Below, one piece after another: positions 46,201 to 54,860 of a stretch of 63,568 nucleotides of DNA. The stretch's first letter is position 1; every line of letters begins with the position of its first letter. Below the pieces are notes generated by a model. It saw only the letters and a list, made by a program, of their open reading frames with translations. It was not told where the DNA came from and searched no databases. A program made the position numbers and the translations under genes. The DNA lies in IMG/VR virus record IMGVR_UViG_3300021963_006637, positions 1 to 63,568 of that record, one strand, 5' to 3'. This DNA is from a virus (lineage: Duplodnaviria; Caudoviricetes).

Positions 46201-49200
46201 TTATTTTACCTTTGGTTTTTCTTTATGGATCTCAGATGGGTTTACGTTTGTAGGTCTCACTACTGTACAATCACCTTGTTGATAATCATTAAATCCAACA
46301 TCATCTTTGATTTTCATATAGCAAGGATTTTCTACACCATCTAAGTCTTCTGATTCACATTTTACCGCCTTACCTTTGCTAATACTGAATTTTTGATTAG
46401 AATTCTTAAAATTAGTATAATCCAAATCGTTATTGTAAAGAACTTCGGAAATTTTTTGATTCCTATAATATATTTTCATTGTTTCTTCGAATCTTACCTT
46501 TTCCTCATCACTCATACAATCAAGCACTCCAAGACCCTTAAATTTTTTCAATACGGCTTCAACTCGTCTTTCTGCCCAATCTTCAGCAGCTTTTAGTTCT
46601 TCTTCAGTAGCAATTCCACTTTCTACCATCCATTTTTTATCATCTTCTAATGCCGCCTTCTGCTCGTTAATTTGTTCATCTGATGGAGGGAAATTAGGAG
46701 GGGTTTGTTCCTTTGGATAAAGGAAATCAAATGTTGATAACATTCTCTTACCTCTGCTTCTTGTTTGATTGCTTTTAAACCTACTCTGTCTCCATTTTTC
46801 TTCACTTACTCCAGCTGCACCACCTTGTACTTTTACACTAATTCCACCAGAGAATTCTAATGTTACCATAAGAAATTCTAAATCAGTTTCATTTTCACTA
46901 ATTTCATTTACAACTAATACATCAGCTGTTTTAAACGCTTCATCAGCTGGTAAATAAACTGAATTACCCTTTGCTATTAAGCTCATTGCAACTTTAACCT
47001 CCGCGTAATCAGAAAGACCATCTCTAAAATCTTTACTGTTAAACATATCAGTTAGAAGTTGATTTAAAAGTTCCTGATATTCTTTTTGCTTTTCAGGATT
47101 ATTTTCCAAATCTTCATCTTCAAAATCTTTAAGCTTTTGAAAGGTTTCCATTACCTTTTGATTTTCAGGCAAATCTATTTTATCTCCTAATAATTGAGTA
47201 AATTTATCAATCGATTTATCTAATAATTTTTTCCTAGCTTCCTTTCTTCCTTCAGGTGTTGTAGTATCACCAATATCAACTGTTTTAAATTTTCCAGGTG
47301 GTTTTTTAGAAATTTCTGCTTTCAATTGTTTATATTCATCAATACTATCATTTCTACTTTTAATGGAGTTGACAAAATCTGTTGCTTTTTTCTCTAATTC
47401 TTCATCACTAAGGTTCGGATTACTTTCTTTTAATTTTGCTTTTGCTTCTTCAATTGTAGGAACTGCTAATTTCTTATGTGTTACCCCATTGAATACAACT
47501 GTATCTTCATCAATTATTTCAATTTCAACGTATTTTTCTTCTCCTATGATTTTAAGAGGTGTTCCATCTTTTTTACCAACAGCACCCTGTCCGGATTTAC
47601 CAATTGTTACCCCATATTTTTTAGCTGAACTCTCAGCCCATTCTCTACTTGCTTTTCCAGCTCCTAATTCAGCAACTTTAATGTATCCTTGATTAGGCCA
47701 ATCTCCTTTCTTTTTTGAAGCAATATAGATTTTAACTTCTTTATCATTTACTATTTTAATATAATCTTTTGCAATAGCCTGCTCTTCATCTGTCAAATCT
47801 TCGCCCCTCGTCATCTTACCAACAATAGTAGATATTTGCTCTTTAAGATTATCATCCAAAATTGTATCTTTATATTTAGGTTGATTCATTTTTTTAGCCG
47901 CCACATCTTTGTAATCTTTTTTACCAGCTAATGGGGTAACTGAAGTTGATTGTGAATCTTCTCCATCTTTATTAGAATCTAATTCATCGGCTTTTGCGGT
48001 TGCTTCTGGTTGGTCTTTTGGTTCAATTACGGTCAATTTAAGTGGATCACCATCACCATCTACTTTTGTCACAACAGTTTCAAATATCAAATTAAAAAAT
48101 CTTTGATCCCCATCTATGAATATTTTTTGAACTACACTTTCAGTTTTAATATATTGTGCAGGCCCATTTGGAGTATCGGAATAATAATCTCCTCCTACAT
48201 TATAAACTCGTTGATTAGGGGTTTCATCTGCTTTTTTAGGTTTAGGTAATTCACCATCATTTGCATCCGCTTTCTTTGCAGCAATTCCTTGCTCTTCAGC
48301 AAATTGGTTACACATTGGGATAGCATCTTTAATATCCATATCCACAACAATAACTTTCATATTAGCAGGTTTACCCGCTTTAATCGCGGCAGATGTTACC
48401 GCTGCCCATCTATGATGCCCATCAATTACAAATCCATCTCTACTCACAAAAATTGGTGCAGTAATACCTGGATTAGTAGGATCTTCTTCTAATGCCTTAG
48501 TCATTCCGGCAACTTTACTACCTACTAATTCACTTTGAGTTGCTTTTAATTTATCAGAAGGCAATTCAGTTTCCACAGTCTTAATACCTTTCTCTTTTAA
48601 CATTTTTTTGAAAAGAGGTTCGGTATCTACTTCACCCTTGCTATCTTTTGGAAGGTCTTCGGCAGGAGTTCCTGGAAGAGGTTTACCTTTGAATTGAGGC
48701 ATTTCTACTCTAGGTATTCCCTGATTATCATCACAATATAAGTTAGTACCAGGAACAGTTATTTGACAAAGATTGAAATCTTCCCCTTTAGATGCCTTAT
48801 CGGCTAACTCATCAATCTTCATAGATATTTCTTCTTTCTTATCGGAAGGTATTTTATCTAAATCGGATTCTTTATTGAATACATCTTTATCAACCTCTGG
48901 CATCTCTTTAGCCAAATTCCTTAAAGATGATGGGTTAAATTTATCATCACTCTTTTTATTTCTTTCTCTCCACATTCCAACGTGAGAATTACCCATTGTT
49001 GCAATTACAGTATAACCTTTCTCTTCTGCCTCTTTTATTTTTCTATCTAACTCCTTTTGTCTAAAATCATTAAATGCTTTCTGACCTTTGGATAATTCGG
49101 TTTCACCATAATTCTGGTCATCTCTATAATTTAATTGGTATAAGTCTTCTTTTTGCTCCAATGTTAAATTATTCCAGTCTACATCACCCTCAAATTCTGC

Positions 49201-51174
49201 ACTACCACCTTTTTTAGCTTCACTCTTAATCCATTCTTTAGTCTCATCGGTAAGATAATCATCTGCGTCTAAATCATCACCCTGACCAATCATATTAGTC
49301 CAAACTGATGCCAATGCTTTGTTTTTATCACCGTCATATGATTTAGCAATTTCATCAAATATAGGTGCATCTGAATTTCTTACATCTCCGTTTTCATCCC
49401 AACTTTCTTCTCTACCATTTTCAAAGTGATCTAAAAAAGCATCTCTAATTTCTGCTTGCTCACCTACGAAATCAACTTTACCATTATCATCTATTCCAAC
49501 TCCACCTTCTCCTACAAACATTACTTTTGCATCTTTAGGTAAGCTCTTTATTTTATCTATAATATTTTTAGTAGATTCAGTTCCTTCGCCATGCTCAACT
49601 CCAATTAACATTGAGCCATTTTCGGTAACCTCTGCATCTAAATTATTTCCATCGGAATCCTTTTTACCTCTTAGACTATTTACTATGTCTTCGTTTTGCT
49701 TAACTACTTCCTTCTTAAGTTTTGATTGGTATTCAGGATCATCTTTTTGTTTTCTTTTAAGATTATCATGTTGATTCTTAAATGATCCTGCCATAGCTCT
49801 TTCTTTGGCAGTAGCAGATGGGTCATCTAATATCTTATCAAAATCAGTTTTAGGATCAGGTTTGGTTTCATCTTCAATTTCCTTTTCCTTCTTCTCTAAT
49901 GAATCTTCTGCAGTTTTAACAAGTTTATCTACTTCAGAATCTCCAATTCCTTTTCCTTCAAATTCTTCTTTTTCCTCAGGTGTTATTGGTCTTAAATTCC
50001 CCCCATCATTTTTGAATTCAGCTTCCCCACCCTGCTTTGAAGAATAAAATCCTCCTCCTAAATGATACTTACCAGGAAACTGAGATGATTCTCCCTCATC
50101 TTCTTTTAATAAATGGTAATTTAAAATCTCATCCAAAGAAATAGTTTCGTTTGATACTTCCCCCTGAGGTCTCTTCTCATTCCAACTATCTACAATCTTA
50201 TCCATTATTTCAGGTGAGATTTCCATATTTTCTAATTTCTCCGCAATCTTATCCGCAAAATCCATAAGGATTCTCTCATCATTGTTCACATCAGCAAATA
50301 TCGATGCTCTAGCCGCTCCTACTGCAATAGTTTCTGCTACAACGTGAGGAATAAATTCAATAGCAACGTGTTTTGCAAATGCCTTAGCCCCAGCTGCCGC
50401 TCCACCCAACGCAGCTCCTGTTATGGCAGTAGTGGCTATTTTAACACCAACTGATATTAATGCTTTCTTTTCATGTTTTTCTAAATCTCTCCATCCTCCA
50501 GGTTTACTAAATAATTTACCAGCCGCTACCGCTGCTGTCTTAAACAATTTAACTTCATGTTGAAATCCATGCTTTATTGCAGCACCGGCTCCCTTTACTT
50601 TATCTTTTAGAGCTTCCGCAAAACTTCTACGGGTTTCTGATCCTGGTTTTTCCTGTCCCTTATTAAAGAATTCTTTTTCGTTTTCACTCCACTTTTCTAT
50701 CTTTTGATTAATTTGCTGAAGTTTTTGTTTTGGTACATCTACTAATGATTTCTTAGCATATCCCATCCCAACATTACGAGTGATAGGTGGTTTCTTTTCA
50801 GAATCAGATGAGGGTTGAGATTTCTTTTCAAAATCTGCTTTCTCTTCTGGGGTTACTGGTCTTAAATTACCACTATCATTTTTAAATTCAACTTCTCCAT
50901 TTTGCTTAGACGAATAATAACCTCCGCCCAGGTGGAATTTACCTGGAAATTCAGATGATTCTCCTTCTTTTGATTTATCTACTGGAGCGGGTTTTTTAGG
51001 TTCTTCCTCTAATAAAAAGTATTCGGATATGATATCAGAATATTGACTATACCCCAATTTGTGGCAACATCTAATTAGATTTTCCACTTGCTCTTTATCC
51101 TCCAAACTTGGAAATGGATAGGTTAAAGAGTGTTCTAATAAAATTTCATCTATTATTTTATTAATATCTGCCAT
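46201..51174 (-). CDS. Large multi-domain (polyvalent) protein: internal repeats, TraB/Tiki-like domain, ParB/Srx-like domain, possible C-terminal PD-(D/E)xK nuclease
   Basis: 1657 aa; 43-aa repeat x2; IGVEHG...GEG...R...MGNSH; LKATQ...VSRDGFVIDGHHRWAA; E...ADVLV...ISVK. Confidence 0.65.
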   Translation of the reverse strand: MADINKIIDEILLEHSLTYPFPSLEDKEQVENLIRCCHKLGYSQYSDIISEYFLLEEEPKKPAPVDKSKEGESSEFPGKFHLGGGYYSSKQNGEVEFKNDSGNLRPVTPEEKADFEKKSQPSSDSEKKPPITRNVGMGYAKKSLVDVPKQKLQQINQKIEKWSENEKEFFNKGQEKPGSETRRSFAEALKDKVKGAGAAIKHGFQHEVKLFKTAAVAAGKLFSKPGGWRDLEKHEKKALISVGVKIATTAITGAALGGAAAGAKAFAKHVAIEFIPHVVAETIAVGAARASIFADVNNDERILMDFADKIAEKLENMEISPEIMDKIVDSWNEKRPQGEVSNETISLDEILNYHLLKEDEGESSQFPGKYHLGGGFYSSKQGGEAEFKNDGGNLRPITPEEKEEFEGKGIGDSEVDKLVKTAEDSLEKKEKEIEDETKPDPKTDFDKILDDPSATAKERAMAGSFKNQHDNLKRKQKDDPEYQSKLKKEVVKQNEDIVNSLRGKKDSDGNNLDAEVTENGSMLIGVEHGEGTESTKNIIDKIKSLPKDAKVMFVGEGGVGIDDNGKVDFVGEQAEIRDAFLDHFENGREESWDENGDVRNSDAPIFDEIAKSYDGDKNKALASVWTNMIGQGDDLDADDYLTDETKEWIKSEAKKGGSAEFEGDVDWNNLTLEQKEDLYQLNYRDDQNYGETELSKGQKAFNDFRQKELDRKIKEAEEKGYTVIATMGNSHVGMWRERNKKSDDKFNPSSLRNLAKEMPEVDKDVFNKESDLDKIPSDKKEEISMKIDELADKASKGEDFNLCQITVPGTNLYCDDNQGIPRVEMPQFKGKPLPGTPAEDLPKDSKGEVDTEPLFKKMLKEKGIKTVETELPSDKLKATQSELVGSKVAGMTKALEEDPTNPGITAPIFVSRDGFVIDGHHRWAAVTSAAIKAGKPANMKVIVVDMDIKDAIPMCNQFAEEQGIAAKKADANDGELPKPKKADETPNQRVYNVGGDYYSDTPNGPAQYIKTESVVQKIFIDGDQRFFNLIFETVVTKVDGDGDPLKLTVIEPKDQPEATAKADELDSNKDGEDSQSTSVTPLAGKKDYKDVAAKKMNQPKYKDTILDDNLKEQISTIVGKMTRGEDLTDEEQAIAKDYIKIVNDKEVKIYIASKKKGDWPNQGYIKVAELGAGKASREWAESSAKKYGVTIGKSGQGAVGKKDGTPLKIIGEEKYVEIEIIDEDTVVFNGVTHKKLAVPTIEEAKAKLKESNPNLSDEELEKKATDFVNSIKSRNDSIDEYKQLKAEISKKPPGKFKTVDIGDTTTPEGRKEARKKLLDKSIDKFTQLLGDKIDLPENQKVMETFQKLKDFEDEDLENNPEKQKEYQELLNQLLTDMFNSKDFRDGLSDYAEVKVAMSLIAKGNSVYLPADEAFKTADVLVVNEISENETDLEFLMVTLEFSGGISVKVQGGAAGVSEEKWRQSRFKSNQTRSRGKRMLSTFDFLYPKEQTPPNFPPSDEQINEQKAALEDDKKWMVESGIATEEELKAAEDWAERRVEAVLKKFKGLGVLDCMSDEEKVRFEETMKIYYRNQKISEVLYNNDLDYTNFKNSNQKFSISKGKAVKCESEDLDGVENPCYMKIKDDVGFNDYQQGDCTVVRPTNVNPSEIHKEKPKVK
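49969..50967 (-). repeat. 129-bp (43-aa) intragenic direct repeat, 2 copies (49969-50097 and 50839-50967)
   Basis: EGESS(E/Q)FPGK(F/Y)HLGGG(Y/F)YSSKQ...NLRP(V/I)TPEEK, 36/43 aa identical; degenerate third copy near 48150-48210. Confidence 0.9.
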
Positions 51175-51176
51175 TA

Positions 51177-51572
51177 TTAATTAAATTCAATCTTTTGAAA
51201 TATTCTTGTAGGTATCTTTCTTATACCCGCAGCTCCGGTAAGAATTATAGAATTTTTAAACTTTTCCCAATCTAATGGAAAGTTCGTATCCAAAACCCCA
51301 CCATTTTCTTCCTTAATCAATTGGTTTAATGCATTAATTGTATATAAGGTGTTTGATTGTTTTTTACGATGAACCAATATAGTATTTTCTAATTGATAAG
51401 GGGGTCTGAACTCCACATCAATATTATATGTAATATATAATTCATCTATATTAGTTTTATTTTGCAAAACATATATGTAGTTGTAAACTATCTTATAATT
51501 CTCTCTTACCTTTTGTAGAATATCTTGTAAATTTTCAGTCTCCGCAAAAGTACATAGTAACTGTGTTTTCAT
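51177..51572 (-). CDS. Conserved phage hypothetical protein
   Basis: MKTQLLCTF...TYN...HRKKQSNTLYTINALN; 131 aa. Confidence 0.65.
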   Translation of the reverse strand: MKTQLLCTFAETENLQDILQKVRENYKIVYNYIYVLQNKTNIDELYITYNIDVEFRPPYQLENTILVHRKKQSNTLYTINALNQLIKEENGGVLDTNFPLDWEKFKNSIILTGAAGIRKIPTRIFQKIEFN

Positions 51573-51644
51573 TTAAAAATATTTTAATACTTTTTTCTCC
51601 TATATAAGTATTAAATATTTCGTTAAGTCTATTTTTTTATAGAG

Positions 51645-52400
51645 TTATGGAGTAAAAACATTCTTATTTTTCTTATACTCCAAAAAATTTCCAGTGGATT
51701 CGTTACCATTTTTTATTATAGAGGGAAAGGAAATCAAAGTGTATCTTCTATAATCCTCTAACATTTCCATTACCTGATGCTCTATTAAGTTATCAACGAA
51801 GTCCAAAAGTACAAATTTTCCAAAAGTTGGTGATACCTTTTCATTCGTATAATTAATTAAAAATTCCCCACCTTTACCTTCATTCCAATCTTCTTCAGGA
51901 GTTAAATAAAATATACATCCAAATATAGTCCTCTCACTACCTGCATCAAAATGTGGTGGCTGTTTATCACCTTTTTCATACATTCCAATTGTACCCCATC
52001 TTCCTAAATCAATGTCTTCTTTTTTTAAAGAAAATTCGTTATAACACTCATCAATAATTTTTAACTTAGCGGTTTCAATTAATTCTGCTAATTGAGTATC
52101 ACCTTCAAATGGAACATTATTTAAAAGTTGTTTCCATCTTTGAAAAATAACATATCCATTTTCTTCCATATACCCATCTATTTTAGGTATATCACCATAA
52201 GGATGAATATAAGTTTCTTTAAAATCGTAAAACGGGTAACAATGATTTCCGGTATGCTGAGTCTTACATTCTATATTTTCGGAATTAGTAAATTTTTCTA
52301 TAATAACATCACTAATATTCTTAAGAAATTCTATCTCATTTGAAGAAAATAATTCTTCGAAATTACCAATGTAGTATCCTTTTTCTCTAAGTTCTTTCAT
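51645..52400 (-). CDS. 2OG-Fe(II) oxygenase (paralog of 4940..5632)
   Basis: HFD, IFYL..W..GKGGEF, HQV, RYTL; start re-called to MKELREKG. Confidence 0.75.
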   Translation of the reverse strand: MKELREKGYYIGNFEELFSSNEIEFLKNISDVIIEKFTNSENIECKTQHTGNHCYPFYDFKETYIHPYGDIPKIDGYMEENGYVIFQRWKQLLNNVPFEGDTQLAELIETAKLKIIDECYNEFSLKKEDIDLGRWGTIGMYEKGDKQPPHFDAGSERTIFGCIFYLTPEEDWNEGKGGEFLINYTNEKVSPTFGKFVLLDFVDNLIEHQVMEMLEDYRRYTLISFPSIIKNGNESTGNFLEYKKNKNVFTP

Positions 52401-52404
52401 ATTA

Positions 52405-53646
52405 TTAAATATTACCGTAACTTTTATTAGTGGATACATCCGTAGAAGAAACTTTATCTAAAATCATTTTAATATCATTTAAAACTGATTTCTCATTTTC
52501 ACATACATCAAACAGAAAAGAATCATAGGTATATAACACTAACTTGGTTTTTCTTTTTTCCAAAAAACGATTTATCTTACGAATAACAAATGCGTTTGTT
52601 TCGGTTTCCAACGCCTGCAAATAATAATTGAATACCTTTTGGGGATTATGATTATCTATTTTTTGGAATGGAATACGCTTACCCGCCTTAGTTTCCAGAT
52701 ACCCATTTATCAAAAAATCTTTATACATCTTTTTGATAAACTCATCTGTCTTTTTAAAAAATGGAATCTCTAAATTCTCCACATCTATCCCACCATATAA
52801 TTGTTGGAATGTTAGTTTCTTACTATTGAGGTAATCCTCATCACTCAATACATCTTTGCCAAAATATTGTTTACCTAACCACTCATGAGCGGATTCCTCA
52901 GGTATCTCTTCATCTACTAATTTAGCTATCAGGCGAACGTGGTATCCATCAAAATCAAACTGAACCAACTCACCCAACTTAGAAACGATATAATCCCTAC
53001 TGCCATCCGATTTATTAAGCGCGGAATAGTTTACACCTCCGAATGTGTTTGATGGTCTTCCTGTGGTTGTAAAGTTGTTATATAGAGAATATTCATACCC
53101 ATACGTTGTCGGAATACCATTACTCTCAATTTTTTTGAACTCCGGTAGGACTAAGGAATTGTAGAAATCGTACCCCCCAACCCCCTCAGTATCCGCATAC
53201 TTAAGGTTTTCATTTACAAAATCTACTACACCTTTGAGTATAATACTAATTGGTATAAAACTTAAATCATCTTTATCCCTATACCCCTTTGTAAAATTGT
53301 TATATATCATATCATATTCATAAGGTTTAAACTGACTGAGATGATATAGAACATCAATACTTTGATAATTTGGTAATTCCATTTGATGAAGAAACCACTT
53401 ACTATCAAAGATAAATTTAGGTGCGTTTCCATGAGTTAAAACTCCCAAAGGAGCATCAACACAATCATTATGTCCATTCATAAGAACATAGCAATCATCT
53501 TCGATAAAAACAAAAGCACCCAATAACGTATTCAGTTTTGGATGCTCTTTTCTATTTTTAAACAATGGAAATATTACGCTCCTTGTTAAGCGATATCTTT
53601 TTTGGAATACTCTTCCGATTTCATTGTTTTCTACGAAAATTACCAT
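52405..53646 (-). CDS. Family A DNA polymerase, polymerase domain only
   Basis: TTTGRPSN, motif A FDFDGYHVRLIA, motif B KKLTFQQLYG, NYYLQ..ET, motif C YTYDSFLFD; start re-called to ATG at 53646. Confidence 0.8.
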   Translation of the reverse strand: MVIFVENNEIGRVFQKRYRLTRSVIFPLFKNRKEHPKLNTLLGAFVFIEDDCYVLMNGHNDCVDAPLGVLTHGNAPKFIFDSKWFLHQMELPNYQSIDVLYHLSQFKPYEYDMIYNNFTKGYRDKDDLSFIPISIILKGVVDFVNENLKYADTEGVGGYDFYNSLVLPEFKKIESNGIPTTYGYEYSLYNNFTTTGRPSNTFGGVNYSALNKSDGSRDYIVSKLGELVQFDFDGYHVRLIAKLVDEEIPEESAHEWLGKQYFGKDVLSDEDYLNSKKLTFQQLYGGIDVENLEIPFFKKTDEFIKKMYKDFLINGYLETKAGKRIPFQKIDNHNPQKVFNYYLQALETETNAFVIRKINRFLEKRKTKLVLYTYDSFLFDVCENEKSVLNDIKMILDKVSSTDVSTNKSYGNI

Positions 53647-53652
53647 AGGAAA

Positions 53653-53684
53653 CAAATATACGAAAATATTTTATAAATTCCAAT
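53653..53684 (-). promoter_or_regulatory. Bacteroidota-type promoter (-33/-7)
   Basis: ATTG-N20-TATATTTG, ending 6 nt before the PolA-like ATG. Confidence 0.65.
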
Positions 53685-54453
53685 ATTTTTCTTGCAAAGG
53701 TTTTAATTCAATTGGCTCTCTTTTCATATGAGAACCCTGATTGAAAGAAGCTCCTCTTTTCAAATATCCACCTAAAAAGTTTCTACGAAATCTGTTTGAT
53801 GTATTAGCCTCTGAACCATGCACACAATGAGAGTGAAGTAAAACTACTTGCCCTTTCTTTAATACACCCTCTACTTTACGGAAATCATGTCCTTCTGGCA
53901 TTACACACGGCTTACCTCTTTCGTTTCTCCAAAATGATGGATTTGTTTTTGTTCTTTCTTCATCCACTTCAATTGGTAAAACAGGTAATCTATGAGAACC
54001 TTCATAGTTCCATACTGCCCCATTTCCTGCATCATGATTATCCAATGCCAACGCCGTATTAATAATTTCATTATGACCACAACCAGTGTAGAAAGCGTTC
54101 TGATGCATATCTCTACCTAATTGTCCAGGTGGTTTGAAGTAAGCCCAAGTTTGCATACCTACTATTTCACCTTCCATAAGGAATTCACACGCTTCAATAA
54201 TTTTTGGATGAACGAATAATTTTTCTAATTTTTCAGAAATTTTATGAGGGTAAGCAAATGGATCCCATTCACCCCATTCTTTTCCATCTGGAGTAAGCGT
54301 TCCCTTTCTTTCATGTCTTAATCTTTCTAATTCATCATTAATCTCATCACATTCTTCTTCGGTAAGAAGCTCTAATGTGGTAAACCCTCTATATCTCCAG
54401 TCGAAGGTGATTTGTTGGATTTCTAAATCCGTTAAATGTTTAAAATTTGCCAT
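53671..54453 (-). CDS. Phytanoyl-CoA dioxygenase (PhyH)-family 2OG-Fe(II) enzyme
   Basis: GF..L, FKPPG...HQN, ALD...NGA....GSH, G.VVL.H..VHGS..N.S.R.R. Confidence 0.85.
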   Translation of the reverse strand: MANFKHLTDLEIQQITFDWRYRGFTTLELLTEEECDEINDELERLRHERKGTLTPDGKEWGEWDPFAYPHKISEKLEKLFVHPKIIEACEFLMEGEIVGMQTWAYFKPPGQLGRDMHQNAFYTGCGHNEIINTALALDNHDAGNGAVWNYEGSHRLPVLPIEVDEERTKTNPSFWRNERGKPCVMPEGHDFRKVEGVLKKGQVVLLHSHCVHGSEANTSNRFRRNFLGGYLKRGASFNQGSHMKREPIELKPLQEKYWNL

Positions 54454-54474
54454 ATAACTTTTGTTTATTTATAA

Positions 54475-54855
54475 CTATACTAATTTATGAAATTGTTTTG
54501 TATTTACCAAATATAAATTGAGTTCTGACATTGTTTTTTCAGCTTCTTGTATTATCAATTTATTTACGGTATGAACCGAAGGTATAAATTCTCCTTTTTC
54601 GGTATAAGAATCTTCTAAATTTCCTTTTATTTTCCAATTTATAGAAACTCTATTGTAATATTCAGAGTTCTCAAATTGAGAATATACATCTTCGTTTACT
54701 TCAAAGATAGGTGCACCAGGAGTAGCTCTCATTTGTATAAAATATCTATTAATAAACCCCCTTTGATAATCTAATTCCGTAGGTCGTGGAAAAAAGGTTT
54801 CAGGTACTTTATTTTTTATTTCTACTTTAATAAGATTTTTATATCTATCTAACAT
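54475..54855 (-). CDS. Hypothetical protein (end of the tail/baseplate operon)
   Basis: P.PTE.DY.RG.I.RYF...W.I.G pattern. Confidence 0.6.
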   Translation of the reverse strand: MLDRYKNLIKVEIKNKVPETFFPRPTELDYQRGFINRYFIQMRATPGAPIFEVNEDVYSQFENSEYYNRVSINWKIKGNLEDSYTEKGEFIPSVHTVNKLIIQEAEKTMSELNLYLVNTKQFHKLV

Positions 54856-54860
54856 AATTT

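Noticed and set aside
49969-50967. 129-bp repeat pair as a diversity-generating retroelement TR/VR
   Set aside because: Differences are mostly synonymous or conservative and not confined to adenines; both copies are in frame in one gene; no reverse transcriptase in the window
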